The translations under genes were made by a program, and so were the position numbers. A DNA stretch of 64,000 nt, taken from the NCBI GenBank assembly GCA_002269645.1, contig NIVC01000292.1, positions 744,001 through 808,000 on the forward strand, written 5' to 3'. The notes under the pieces are model-generated. The model searched no databases, had not been told where the DNA came from, and was given only the letters and a program-made list of their open reading frames with translations. Below, one piece after another: positions 22,182 to 34,350 of the stretch. Numbering within the stretch: the first letter of the stretch is position 1; the number at the start of each line of letters is the position of its first letter. This stretch comes from Macrostomum lignano. Its lineage: Eukaryota.

Positions 22182-25100
22182 ATGCAAAAGGACGGAGAAG
22201 AATTCGAGTCGAACTACCCGCCGGCTGACGAGGAAGAACGCAAGCTGATGGACGCGAAGGCCGCCAAGACGAGGGCCAAGGCCGCATTCACCAAAGGAAG
22301 AAACCGGCTGGTACAACAACTCGCTGCTGGTGGTCAAGACGGCGCCGAAGTACAACAGCAAGCGACTCTCATGGAGAAGCTATTCGAGGCGGTGACAACT
22401 GAGCTGGAGAAGCTGTTGGAGCTCGCCGGAAACGACCTGCCACTGCGTCGCCAAACGATCAAGGAGCTGGAGAATGCTGAAAAGGACTACGGTGAGACTG
22501 TGGGTCTGATGACCGAGTTCTGGAAAGATCGTAGCAGAAGCGAAGCAGCTGAGAGGGAGGAACAGGATCGCTTGGCGGAGTCTGAAGAACAGCAGAGGCG
22601 TGAGGAAGAGCAGCGAAAAGTGCAAGCCGCAGAGCACAGAGCGCTGGAGTTGGAAGAGGTGCAGAGAGAGCTAGAGAGAGACTATCAACAACGGCATGAG
22701 CAGTTGGCAGAGGAGCTGAGGCGACTGAAAATTGTTACTGGCAGCACTAAGGCAGAGAGCCCGTGTGAAAGGGCAAGCCCAGGTTCAGGTTTGGCTGAAC
22801 AGTCGATTGGGGCTGAGGTGGGTGTAAGCGCTGCGCCAGACAGGAGTGAAAAAGCTGATTGGACTGCCCACGAAGGGGGGTCAGGCGAGCGATCGATAAA
22901 ACAAAACCCTGCACCCAGGCCAGCCACCTCACAGTCAGCCAGTGTACAGTCGCAACTCAGAGAGCCAATCGTTCAGCAGGAGTGTACACAGAGGGTGAGA
23001 GAAGAAGCGGAGAGGCAGGTCAGTCAGGACATGTGGCGGCAATTGCAGCGGGTGGCGATTCCCAGTTTCTCAGGTGATAAGCGTCAATACGAAGGGTGGA
23101 AGGCGGCCTTTTACGCGTGTGTAGATGCTGCACCCTCCTCTCGAGTGTACAAGCTATTGCAACTGAGGCAGTGTCTGCAGGGCGATGCGCTAAAGCTAAT
23201 AGCCAACCTAGGGCATTCTGAATTTGCGTACAAGGCGGCTCTGGATAGGTTGGAGAGAGAATATGGAGGAGAGAGGCGCCGGCTGGTGCTAGTGTTGGAG
23301 GACCTGGACCGTTTTCGGCCCATTGTGACGGAGAGTGCGCCTCAGTTGAAGAAGCTGGCTGATCTGGTGGATGTAGCGGTTATCAATCTGATGGAGGCGG
23401 GTCGTGAAGCTGAACTAGACAGCAATGGATTGCTTCATCTTCGCGTGCAAAAGAAATTGCCGACTGACACCCTGGCACGGTATCACCGATGGGTCGGGGA
23501 GAATGGCAGAAATGACACGCTCAGCGCTCTTCATCAATGGCTGCTGCGGGAGGCTGAGTATCAGACGGTTGCTATGGAGGCAGTGCATGGAGTTGCGGCA
23601 CAGAATGGGCCAGGAGCAGGGAAGATGGAGCAAAGTAAGAAATTCAGCGGGATGCAGCGCACGGAAACAGCTCGAACGCATTTTGGCGCTGTCGCGGAGT
23701 CAACGAGAGCCGATGAGCAGCGCAAGAAAAACTGCCGTGTCTGTGAAGGAAGCCATGGCGCCTGGGAGTGCCCGAAGTTTGCGGAGATGGATGTAGTGAA
23801 GCGATGGGCCGTTGCTCGTGAGAAGAAGCTGTGCTTTCATTGTCTCGGCGTCAATCACTCTGGTTTAGCTTGTCGGCGGTCTAGAACCTGTGGCGTAGAT
23901 GGTTGCCAGGGAAAACACCATCGAATGCTTCACCAGAAGCGGGAGCCGAAACCAGCAGCTGCAGTGACGAGAGGCGGCGAAGGAGAGGCACGAAAACCCG
24001 CGGAGGACATATCAGCGGCGACGAAGAAGGAGCGCACTATGCTGGCCGAAGTCGTAAAGGAAACTGCGTTGAGGACGGTGCCGGTAATATTGGTGGCTGG
24101 TGAGCGCCAAGTTCGGATCAACGCGTTGCTTGATGATGCGAGTACGCGCACGTACCTCAATGCGGACGTAGCAGCAGAGCTGGGACTCGAAGGTAAACTT
24201 CAGCGCATAAACGTTAAGGTGCTCAACGGAGGAGTCGAGTCGTTTGAAACAGCGCCTGTAGAGGTGACAGTCCGGAGTGTCGATGCAGCGTTTGAGACAA
24301 AAATTGTTGCTTTCACAGCGGAGAAAGTAACCGGCGGAATGAAGGCAGTTGATTGGAGTCAACTGGCGGAGCACTGGGCGCATCTGAGAGGCATTCCGTT
24401 TGAGTCAACATCAAGCCGGAAAACGGTTGACATGCTCATCGGTGTCGACAATGCCGAGATGCATCTGGCTTGCAAAGAAGTCTGTGGAATGCCAGGGGAA
24501 CCAATAGCTCGACTGACTCCTATTGGATGGACCTGCATCGGGCAGTTAGGTTCGGATGAGGGAAGTAGCAAGAGCGGGGAATCGTTCCTCTGCCACGAGT
24601 GTCAAGATCAGGTCGACAGTCAGGTTCGAAGGTTGTGGGCGATCGAGGAAGTTCCTGATGTAGCTGAGCTGAACCGCGAAAGAGGGACGTTAACTGCGGA
24701 TGAGCAGCATGCTGTGGCGGTAGTCAAGGAGTCGATGTCGGTGGTGGAAGGAAGATATCAGGTAGCCATTCCATGGAAGTCTCAAAATCGTGCTCTGCCG
24801 AGCAATCGTGAAGCTGCGGAACGCAGACTGATCAGCACGGAGAAGCGACTGCAGAGGAGTGAAGGATTGCCAAAAGCGTATCAGGAGGTGTTGGAAGGCC
24901 AGTTGGAAAAAGGTTATCTCAAGAAGGTCGAAGACAGCAGTGAGCTTCAAAACACCGAATGGTACCTGCCGCATTTTCCGGTAATCAGAGAAGACAAGGA
25001 CACCACCAAAGTCCGTATCGTGTTTGACGCTTCCGCGCGCTGCCAAGGAGTGAGTCTCAATGACGTCATCCTTCCAGGACCGAAGCTTCAGAACGACCTA

Positions 25101-27974
25101 TTTCAAGTGCTCCTTCGATTCCGTCGCGGTCCAGTGGCAATCGTTTGCGACATTGAAGAGATGTACCTTAGAATTCGCCTCAAGCCAGAAGATCGGCGCT
25201 ACTTTCGATTTTTGTGGCGAGACAGGAACGAAACGGGCAAACCTGAGGTATTCGAGTTTCAGAGTGTCGTTTTTGGAGTTAATTGTTCGCCGTTTCTTGC
25301 TCAGTTCGTTTCGCAGGAGCATGCTAGGAGTCATCAGGAAACTTTTCCAAGAGCGTCAGAAACCATTCTGAAGTCGACCTACATGGACGACAGTTTGGAC
25401 TCAGTGAGCAGCGTCCATGAAGCTATCCAGTTGCGCCGCGAACTGACAGCTCTGTGGGAAAAAGCCGGCATGCGTGCGAGAAAATGGATGTCGAACGCGT
25501 CTGAGGTGTTGGAGACAGTAGCTCCGGAGGATCGAGCGGTGAAAGCGCAGCACGTGCTTCGTGGAGAAATGGCGACGTCGAAGGCGTTGGGAGTGACTTG
25601 GACAGCCAATGATGATATGCTCGCGATCACGGGAAATGCAGGTGCGAAGGAAGTGTCCGTTGAGTCGAAACGACAGCTGCTCAAGCGCGTTGCGATGGTG
25701 TTCGACCCATGCGGGTTTCTGAGTCCATTTACAATTCGCGGGCGAATTCTTCTGCAGGAGATTTGGCAGAATGGAGCGGATTGGGATGAGCCCTTGGACC
25801 AGCAAGTTGCCGCGAAGGCTACGCAATGGGCAGCGGAGATTGAAGAGTTGAGCATGCTGAAAATTCCACGATGTCTATGGCCTGATCCTACCAAAAAGGC
25901 AGTGCTACACGTCTTTGTGGATGCATCTCAGGTGGCTTACGGCGCGGTAATCTATCTCAGGAGCGCCACAAGCCTGGACAAAATCTGTGTTCGTCTTGTA
26001 GCCGCAAAAGCACGTGTAGCTCCATTGGCAGCATGCAGCATCCCCAGACTCGAGCTCATGGCGGCGGTGCTTGGCGTGCGACTCGCCCAGACGGTGGCAG
26101 ATGCGCTCGATTTAGACCTGAGAGAGTCGGTGTTCTGGAGTGACAGTGCAAATGTGCTCTGGTGGCTTCGAGGTCGCAGTAGAATTTTCAAGCCGTTCGT
26201 AGCAAATCGTGTTGCGTTCATTCAGGAGGCGGTGAAGACTTGTCAGTGGCGTCACGTGCCGACCGATCTGAACCCCGCTGATGCCGTATCGCGAGGCTGT
26301 AGCGCCAAAGACCTTTGCCAATCAGCGGTCTGGAGCGCGGGACCAGAGTTTCTGCTGCTAGATGAGGATGGCTGGCCGGCAAGGCTAGTTCCGACATCGG
26401 TTGACGGAGATCAAGAAGTTCGGCGAGAGGCGAGCAAGAGTAGTAAATCGGCGGCCGTAACTCTGTTGTCGAACGACACCACAGACAACGATTGGCGTTT
26501 GAATCCAGAGCGATTTTCGAGCTACCGCAGGCTGCGTAGCGTGACAGCATGGGTTCAGCGCTTCATCAGTAATTGCCGACTTCCGCGAGATGAGAGACGA
26601 CTTGGTGACCTCGAGGTCGAGGAGCTGCAAGAAGCTGAGGATCGAATCCTACGCGTGGCTCAGGAAGAAGCTTTCAAAGCAGAAGTTCAGCAGGTGCGTA
26701 GGGGAAAGCCAGTCTTCTCCAGCAGTCAGCTTCGCTGTCTCCAACCATTTCTTGATGAGGACGGACTGCTGCGAGTGGACGGAAGACTGAAGTTCGACCA
26801 GAATCTGTCATATCAGTCCAAGCATCCGGTCATTCTGCCGAGGCGAAGTTGGGTCACGAAGTTGTTGGTGAAGCACTATCACGAAGATCAAGGACATGGC
26901 GGAACAAACCAGACGCTGGCAGCGATGTCGACGAAGTTTTGGGTAGTCGGTGGGCGCGAAGCCATTCGAGAATGGGAGAAGGAGTGCGCGCGATGCAGAA
27001 GGCAAAAAGCAGGACCGGAGGTGCAGCAGATGGCGCCGCTGCCAGAGGCCAGGCTGAAGAACTCTCTCCGAGCGTTCAGCTTTGTGGCAGTCGACTTCGG
27101 TGGTCCGTTTGAAACGGTACAAGGGCGCGGAAGACGGCGAACGAAGAGGTATTTGGCCCTGTTCACCTGTTTGGAGACGAGAGCCGTGCACCTGGAAATG
27201 GCGTACAGCTTGGATTCTGACTCATTTCTGAATGCTTTCGCGCGCATGATCAACCGTAGAGGCCGGCCACTCGAAGTTTACTCCGATAACGGCGGCAACT
27301 TTGTCAAAGGCGAGCGAGAACTACGAGAATTCGAAAACGAGCAGCAGAACAAAATCCAGAGAGCGGCAGCTGAGCGCGGCATCAAGTGGCGCTTCCAGCC
27401 TCCGTCGGCGCCCCATTTCGGCGGCTCCCACGAAGTTATGGTTCGCGCCGCTAAGCGAGCTGTGCGCGCCATCCTTAGCAACGCTGACATCACCGACGAA
27501 GAGCTGCATTCCGCCTTCACCGGTGCGGAAGCGCTCATCAATTCCAGGCCGTTGACATACCAAACCGCAAGCCCAAAGGACGACACGCCGTTGACGCCAA
27601 ACCATTTCTTGCATGGACAGCTGGGTGGTGACTTTGCTACGGAAGTCTCGACCGAGGTCAGCCGCGACCCGCGCCGGCGGTGGCGACGTGTCCAAGAGCT
27701 GGTGCGGCACTTCTGGCACCGATGGCTGCGTGAGTGGGTGCCAAGACTCAATGCCAGATCCAAGTGGGTCAAGGAGCAGCCGGATCTCGCCGTCGGCGAC
27801 ATCGTCTTGGCGCTACGAGCGGATGCGCCTCGAGGACACTGGCCGCTCGGGCGAGTTCTCGAGGTATTTCCTGGACGAGACGGCCATGTGCGCGTGGCCA
27901 AGGTGCGGACTGGCGGTGGGACAGTGCTGCGACCCGTGACGAAGTTGTGTCTGCTGCAGCGAGGTGAACAGTGA
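22182..27974 (+). CDS. BEL/Pao Gag-Pol polyprotein, 1930 aa, uninterrupted
   Basis: Gag with three Cys/His knuckles (CRVC..H..WEC, CFHC..H...C, CGVDGCQGKHH), protease (ALLDDAS), RT (DIEEMYL, YMDD), RNase H (LHVFVDAS, IPRLELMAA), integrase (H-X6-H..C-X2-C, VDFGGP, YSDNG, HEVMV). Confidence 0.97.
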   Translation: MQKDGEEFESNYPPADEEERKLMDAKAAKTRAKAAFTKGRNRLVQQLAAGGQDGAEVQQQATLMEKLFEAVTTELEKLLELAGNDLPLRRQTIKELENAEKDYGETVGLMTEFWKDRSRSEAAEREEQDRLAESEEQQRREEEQRKVQAAEHRALELEEVQRELERDYQQRHEQLAEELRRLKIVTGSTKAESPCERASPGSGLAEQSIGAEVGVSAAPDRSEKADWTAHEGGSGERSIKQNPAPRPATSQSASVQSQLREPIVQQECTQRVREEAERQVSQDMWRQLQRVAIPSFSGDKRQYEGWKAAFYACVDAAPSSRVYKLLQLRQCLQGDALKLIANLGHSEFAYKAALDRLEREYGGERRRLVLVLEDLDRFRPIVTESAPQLKKLADLVDVAVINLMEAGREAELDSNGLLHLRVQKKLPTDTLARYHRWVGENGRNDTLSALHQWLLREAEYQTVAMEAVHGVAAQNGPGAGKMEQSKKFSGMQRTETARTHFGAVAESTRADEQRKKNCRVCEGSHGAWECPKFAEMDVVKRWAVAREKKLCFHCLGVNHSGLACRRSRTCGVDGCQGKHHRMLHQKREPKPAAAVTRGGEGEARKPAEDISAATKKERTMLAEVVKETALRTVPVILVAGERQVRINALLDDASTRTYLNADVAAELGLEGKLQRINVKVLNGGVESFETAPVEVTVRSVDAAFETKIVAFTAEKVTGGMKAVDWSQLAEHWAHLRGIPFESTSSRKTVDMLIGVDNAEMHLACKEVCGMPGEPIARLTPIGWTCIGQLGSDEGSSKSGESFLCHECQDQVDSQVRRLWAIEEVPDVAELNRERGTLTADEQHAVAVVKESMSVVEGRYQVAIPWKSQNRALPSNREAAERRLISTEKRLQRSEGLPKAYQEVLEGQLEKGYLKKVEDSSELQNTEWYLPHFPVIREDKDTTKVRIVFDASARCQGVSLNDVILPGPKLQNDLFQVLLRFRRGPVAIVCDIEEMYLRIRLKPEDRRYFRFLWRDRNETGKPEVFEFQSVVFGVNCSPFLAQFVSQEHARSHQETFPRASETILKSTYMDDSLDSVSSVHEAIQLRRELTALWEKAGMRARKWMSNASEVLETVAPEDRAVKAQHVLRGEMATSKALGVTWTANDDMLAITGNAGAKEVSVESKRQLLKRVAMVFDPCGFLSPFTIRGRILLQEIWQNGADWDEPLDQQVAAKATQWAAEIEELSMLKIPRCLWPDPTKKAVLHVFVDASQVAYGAVIYLRSATSLDKICVRLVAAKARVAPLAACSIPRLELMAAVLGVRLAQTVADALDLDLRESVFWSDSANVLWWLRGRSRIFKPFVANRVAFIQEAVKTCQWRHVPTDLNPADAVSRGCSAKDLCQSAVWSAGPEFLLLDEDGWPARLVPTSVDGDQEVRREASKSSKSAAVTLLSNDTTDNDWRLNPERFSSYRRLRSVTAWVQRFISNCRLPRDERRLGDLEVEELQEAEDRILRVAQEEAFKAEVQQVRRGKPVFSSSQLRCLQPFLDEDGLLRVDGRLKFDQNLSYQSKHPVILPRRSWVTKLLVKHYHEDQGHGGTNQTLAAMSTKFWVVGGREAIREWEKECARCRRQKAGPEVQQMAPLPEARLKNSLRAFSFVAVDFGGPFETVQGRGRRRTKRYLALFTCLETRAVHLEMAYSLDSDSFLNAFARMINRRGRPLEVYSDNGGNFVKGERELREFENEQQNKIQRAAAERGIKWRFQPPSAPHFGGSHEVMVRAAKRAVRAILSNADITDEELHSAFTGAEALINSRPLTYQTASPKDDTPLTPNHFLHGQLGGDFATEVSTEVSRDPRRRWRRVQELVRHFWHRWLREWVPRLNARSKWVKEQPDLAVGDIVLALRADAPRGHWPLGRVLEVFPGRDGHVRVAKVRTGGGTVLRPVTKLCLLQRGEQ

Positions 27975-30900
27975 CTATTGACTTATTGTTAAAATGGACT
28001 TTTCGATGCTAAACAAAACTTTTCAGATATGTAGTTTTTTGACGGCTAGTTTATGGTGTTTGGAATTATTTATCTTTTTCGTGTCATTATTTGCCGTTTT
28101 TTTGCTCCTAATAGCTGAAGTGGTGATGGATTGCTTATTTTTGCGTATTTTGTGTTTTTTTATTTTGAGTAAAAAGACTTTGTTGCTTGCTTGAATGCGA
28201 GTTCTTTTGGCAGATTTTGTGCTTTGATTTTTTCATATGTTTACAGTAGGGATTATTTAAGTTTTCAAGACATTTTTATCCCGTGTTATTTCACTAATTA
28301 TCGTTTGAGCAGTCTTTGAGTTCGTTTGTGTTCGTTTTTTAGTAGAGATTTTTGTGTTGGCTAGCGACGGAAGTCAAGGGTTATATTTAACTATTTTTGA
28401 GCCCAATTAACACTTCACATTGCATGCATTCGTATTGTTACTCTCTGCTTTCGCGCTATTCATTTTTTTGGTTACAGAACTTTACTGTTTTTTTTCAAAT
28501 TATGCTTGCAACCGTTTCAATTGCACAATTGCACCTTTTTCAATTAATTGTACCTAAGTTTCTGGGAGGCGATTTTTTTCTGCTTTTTTGCTGATTGGCC
28601 CCAATCAGGAAGGGGGGAATGTTCTGGAGGTTCGTTTTTTTTGTCAATTTTTTTGGGTTTTTACTTATTTAATTGTACATGTATTTTCTCTTTATTTAAT
28701 GTACATGAGCCAACCCCCCTCGATTTGCTAACCCCACCCCACGTTAAATAATAATTAAAAAGGGCGTGATTTTTGGTCAGCGTGTTTTTTTACTAACTTG
28801 GTTGTTTTGTTTGCCTGCGCGAGAACGCAGAGGTATTGAAGGCTACAAACATCCGATTTTCGCCTACTTAATTATTTTTCGGTTTTTGAAGAGTTAGTCG
28901 ATTTAACAGCCCCTAGGGAACCCGAGTTCCTCTCTCCCTCTCTCGACTCTCCTCTTTTTCGCAATTAGCGAGCAAATCGGTTCACGAGCCACTCACTCAC
29001 TGCATGCAGGTGAACGAAGGCACAAAAGCATTCAGGGGCTGCACTTCTGCGGCCTGTAGACATTTCCAATGCCATTAGAGTTTGCAAGGCCCGCGCGCGC
29101 GATGGGGCCTTCAGGTTCTGTATATGTAAGCTTTTGTGGCTGGAAGCGAAGTCTGTTCGACTTCTTCTTTCTGTGCGCTAGTTGCCATTGCCACGCTCTC
29201 GGGGCAATAAACAGCGCACTGGGGGGCATATCGAATTTCTGCTTCAGAGGGCAATTATTGCTTCTATTGAATTCTACCCAGCCAGACCTTGGCAGCGGAG
29301 AACTTTGGAAATTCTCCCATCCCATGCAACAACACTCTTCTGTTCCCAATTCTCCGTCCCAGCCCAACGATAATCTGCCATACAGGCCTGTGTAATTCTA
29401 TAATCTCCTTCTTTCTTTTCTCCCTAGCCGCCGGATCACATGATTTGGCGGTCCCGCTGCGCTCAAATCCCTGGCTGGGAAAGCAGTCGTTTATGCGTCA
29501 GCCTCAAGCACCTTCATACCTTTACGTGACCCCCCCCGCTTTTTCTTTTCACTCAACGCCAAGTCCGGAAGAAGGTGGAGGGGATCGGCGCCCACCCACC
29601 TTGCAAAGCCGCTGCCCACCCCATCTGCCACCCCTCGTTAAATTCTGCGCCGCCACGCGCATTTAACAGAAATTTTTTCATGAAATTTTGGGGAACAAAG
29701 CCACCCCTCTCTCGAAAGTCGCCATCGTCCCCATTTTTGGGGCTTTCTTTGTTTCCCCACGGGCCCCTTTGTTATTATTCTTCTCACTGAAAGCGGCACG
29801 TGTTTCCCCAAAACTTCCCATTGACTAGAGCTCAGGTGAGTGGGGAGCTCAAGGCCACGGATACGCCTGTGCAGTCAGCTAATGGGCTGAGTTTGAGTTT
29901 TTAGTCATTCGCCAAAGCGTTTGCTAAAACTCACTAGCTGGTCCAGTGGTCCCATTTTCAAGTCAACAAATGCCGCACAGTCTCAGGTTTCTCGTGCCTA
30001 CTGCATGGGCACGGCCAATTAACCTGGCATAATAATGAGCAGGCGGACACCAATTAGGACTAGGAGGCTCAAAAAAGACTGTTAGTTGGGTCTGAGTCCT
30101 TTTGGCTGACGGTTGTAACAAACATTGAAATGCTTATTTGGTTCTAGCTTAAATTTAAATTAGTTTGCGGCAATTGTATGGCCAGAGTTTCTTTATAAGC
30201 TTGAAAACATGTAAGGTCCCAATTGAGTCTGATCTTCAATATGTGAAGGCAAATCAATAAACAGGACTGGATGAGTAAGCCAAAGAAAGGCTCCATCCTC
30301 AGCCTCTCCACCTCCTCCTTTCCTTCCTGTCTTAATGCAAGTTCTATTTCTCTTTTCTTCGGCTTGAGCCTCTCTGGCTTTGGCTGTTCTCGGCGGGAGG
30401 GCCGAATTGGGGTGGGTGGGGCTGGTCGTTATAAAATTAGTGTTTCCCTCTCTTTCCCATGAGCCGGGCCCGTGCTATAGAATCTAATGTACATCAAAGC
30501 TTTCTTGGGCTTTCCCCCTCACTCTGGAATGATGGAATATAGAAGAAGGGGCAGAACGTTCAAGCCACAGAGGGGGAGAGAAAAATCGGGGTCTGTGGGC
30601 AGACTGGTAGGAAAGCGTAGTCATGACAGCGCTGGGGCAATCAGCTGTTTGGTTTGAAATAGCTTGAATCAGCTGACCGACCTTGGGCACGAGAAGGCTT
30701 CTTATTGGTTGGGGCTTCCCCCCACTGGCTATGACTATATAAGCGAATGCTCTTCCGTTCCCCGCCAGTGTCACTGCTGAGTTGCGCCCCAAGAACGAAA
30801 CCGCTAGTTTATTAGTTAGGATTTCCTTTTCTTATTTCTTTTCTAGCAGAACTGAAATGGATTGCTAAAACTGGCGATTTAGCTTCATCCATCCCAGCCC

Positions 30901-31065
30901 GAAAGTCTTTCAATACACACACTGTGCACTAGCAACTGTTGCCAGTTCAAACCAGTCAGTTATTTAGTCTTTAAGATTTAGAATTCAGATCACCCTTTTC
31001 ATCTAGAATTTTTTAATTCGTAACTCAGCTACCGTTACCATACCAAGAGTTTTACTACATCTGTC

Positions 31066-34000
31066 ATGGTCCAAAATCTGTCAAAAATGTCTGCGCGCTC
31101 GGGCATCACGGCTTCCAATGTCGTCATGAACAACAGCAGCGGGTCAACGGGCGGCCGCTGCGAGCGCCGGTCGAGGCGGAAGCGCATGAAGAAGCGCTCG
31201 ACACCCGAGATTGCCGCCGACTGGTCCAAGGGCAACAAGGAGGCCAGGCGGAGCGAGTCCCAAATGTTCTGCCACCTGGCGGAGTCGCCGGCTAGCTCTG
31301 AGGATAACAGCGAGATAGAGATTCCGCACTCGGTAAGGCTAAGAGAAATATCCTGTTATAGCGTTTTACCCTGTTTTACCCGGCAATCTCGACTTAATTT
31401 CTCTATGCTTTACCCTTGCCCTTGGCCTTAGTATCTACTGAACTTCAGCTTGTTAGCGCCAGATATCATGGTGGGTTTTCCTTCGCTCTCTGCCTTACCC
31501 TCGGGTCTAGCATAACATAAGGCAAAGACAAACTTGCACAGTGCATACACAACACTTTTAGTAATAGCAAGCAATAGTAAAGCAATCCGTCACTCAACCT
31601 CTCCATTGCACGTTGGAGGCGGTGGGCAGAGACGTCGTGACTGGCATAAATTCGATAATATAATACCTGTGCCATATGGGTTGGGGGAGGGGGCTGTGCC
31701 TGTGCCCGAGCTCCCTATTCAAAAACCCCAATGAGCAATGAGGGGCTTGTCCTGCGTGCGACCTTTGGACTAGACAGACACACACATGTCACGTGGCTCT
31801 GACAGAAACGATGGGGTTTTGGATTGGAACCAAGACGGAGATCGGATCCACCTGGGGTGGGGAAGATTTGCCGAACAAAGAAGACCTTTCATTTTTAAGC
31901 TTATTCTGAACTAACTGGTCCAAGTTTTCGAAGTCACTGCCTGCAGTCCCTGCAGATAGTAACCTGTAGCTAGCCTAGCTATGCCTAATACGTGGCTTCT
32001 GCTTTGTCGCTTGCACAAATAAACAGAAATCCTGCCCCAGAGGCTCTTGTCATCATTAGCATACTTTCTCTCTTGACTGCGGGACCGGCCCGGGCGTAAA
32101 TATTTCAGCAGACCAAAAACCAGTTAACTGACAAAGAATCCCTATCACCTAAAGGTTAAGACTATGCTTTTTCCCACTATCTCATGTCCAGCTGCATCAG
32201 CAAATAGATTGTATTGTTGCCAAGGAAATATTGTGCAATTACTTTTTATTATTCACTTGCCCCAATTTTCAGACCAATGTTGGCGTTAGTCCCTCTTTGC
32301 CGAAGGATTTCGAGGAGAATCTGGAAAAGCTGCTAGACAGCGAGCTGTTGTACCATCCGAAGGCCGATCCGCTGTTCCGCATCAATGCGGTGAGTCACTT
32401 CACTGACATTCCAGCCCTATCTATAATGAAATGAATCGGTACTTTCCACATTGATTATGCTAATTAATTCAAAAAACCCAACTTCAATTTATTTCAGGCC
32501 TGCGAGGACAAAGTTGATGCCATACTGCGCAATGAGGCCATATTCAACCTGCGCTTCCTGCACAAGTTCTACAACCTGGCGCCGGAGTGCTTCGCTCATG
32601 CCGTGAACATCTCCGATCGTTTCATAATGAAGATCAAGGTAAGAAAGCTTTCTACAGTTAAAAACTTCACATAATTATTATATTAATATACGCATCTAAT
32701 TATGCCACTAATTGTCCTTTACTTGATCATTATTTCAGGTTAAGCCAAAGTACATGGCCTGCGTTGCAACAGCCGCCTATCTGATCGCCTGCAAGATGAT
32801 CGAGGACCCAGAGGTAAGCTTTGCTTGCAATTTGCATCACATGACCAAGTTAATTGACTTCTTATCTTACCAACTTTATTGGTCCCCGCGACTTGTTCAG
32901 TTCAATTTAGGTTTGAGCCTCTGACTTCCTTTGTGCCCGTCTTATAATGACCGCCTCAGTTCGCTTGTTTATTGGCTTGCACTTTTATTATCCGTCCTCG
33001 TGTTAGGGCAGCGCACAGCATGGGAGGCATTGCTATTTCAGTGCCCTGTGCAAATAAAATGGCACGTCGGGAGTGACGGCCCATCGCGTCTCACGCCTCC
33101 CCCCCCCCCCCCCTACTGTTTTTTGGTTCGGCTGAACTGAACTTTCAACCGAACGCAGATCGGAGTGTGGCTTCCTTTCTATGTACTGACGACCCCATCT
33201 AGTCCTCCCCCTATTCATTTAGCAGTTAAAGTTTCGACTGGGCTTGTTGTGGGCTGAGTGTGGACCGTGTGTGTGTGTGCGGGAGCCAAATGAGTCACTT
33301 TAACACCCGGTCTGCGCCTGTAGCTTCACTAGTGGAAATTTTATTGCTAAAAATAGGCACAATAATTCTAGAATATTCTCTGAGATTCCCCCTTTCCCCA
33401 AAGAATTCTATTGAACAAGAGATTTTTAGCGTGTTGAACCAAATATAGAAGTCTGCTATTTAATAAAGGAGTTTCCCCTCTGCCTCGTCAAATTTTCTTT
33501 TTTTCTAGGCTAAATCTAATAACTAAAGGTTGACCAGAAATCTGGGTTTATACACTCATTCTAAAAATAGGACCTGGTCACCTTTAAAAAGATACACTGA
33601 ATCTAAATTTTAAGACGAAGATCATTCATTTTATTACTTTTCAGGACTGGCCATCGCCAGAGAAGCTGGTCAGCGTTGCTCGTTGCGGCGGCTCTCCCAG
33701 CGATCTGGAGCGCATGGAGGGCATTATTCGGACTAAGCTGGCGACCCCATCGTGCCTCCAATGGAGCTGGCCGTCACTCCGCTGCACTTTCTGCAGCTGC
33801 TGCAGCCGCTTTTCCCCAGCGCCAAGAGCTACCAGCGAGCTATTGGCGACCTGGAGATTTGCCTGTGCTCAGTGGCCGTCTACAGTTTCCGGCCCGCCGT
33901 GTTGGCCCTGTGCATCGCTGGCCGCTACCTGGACGACTGCGACTCCGCCGCGATCGCCTTCATGAAGAAGAGGCTGGAGGTGAGAAAGCCAGGAAGCAAT

Positions 34001-34350
34001 AAATGTTAGGTCGAATGTTAGATCAACATTTTTGGGATCGTGACATTGTGTCCCAGTCCCACCTATCATTAACGTCAATCGGCCGTAAAAAGGTTATCCC
34101 CGAATATCCCTGTAACCCGCCTCAGGTGTCAGACAGCGACCTGTCCGTGTGCTCGGCCCACCTGGAGGTCGAGAGCCGCCGGGTTCAAAACCGCAGCCCG
34201 GCGCCGCGCACCCTGGTCTGGCAGCTCAGCCGCCGCACCATCAGCAACCTGCAGAAGCCGTCGGCCGCCGCCCAGGCCTCCCTGCTGGACCCGATCCGCG
34301 AGGACTGGCTGGAGGAGGACAACCTGGACATCGGGCGCCTGTTCGACTGA
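31066..34350 (+). CDS. CycG: Cyclin G-like protein (cyclin G/I group), with one apparent 1-nt frameshift
   Basis: Exons 31066-31332, 32273-32389, 32498-32638, 32739-32813, 33645-33979, 34126-34350, all GT-AG and phase 0. Motifs FAHAVNISDRF, VKPKYMACVA, SDLERMEGII, TPLHFLQ and LVWQLSRRT match cyclin G. Exon 5 is 335 nt, one short of frame. A probable non-coding exon ends at the donor at 29837. Confidence 0.85.

Larger units (their letters stand above)
21868..28908 (+). mobile_element. Full-length BEL/Pao LTR retrotransposon
   Basis: 289-bp LTRs at 21868-22156 and 28620-28908 (TG...CA), identical by eye; 5-bp TSD GCCCC at 21863-21867 and 28909-28913; PBS at 22159-22176; PPT AGGAAGGGGGGAA at 28607-28619; single gag-pol ORF. 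Confidence 0.97.

Noticed and set aside
22380-27967. Many overlapping alternative-frame ORFs inside BEL pol (also inside gypsy pol and the GPCRs)
   Set aside because: Expected shadow ORFs of GC-rich coding sequence; no env-like or extra gene evident.
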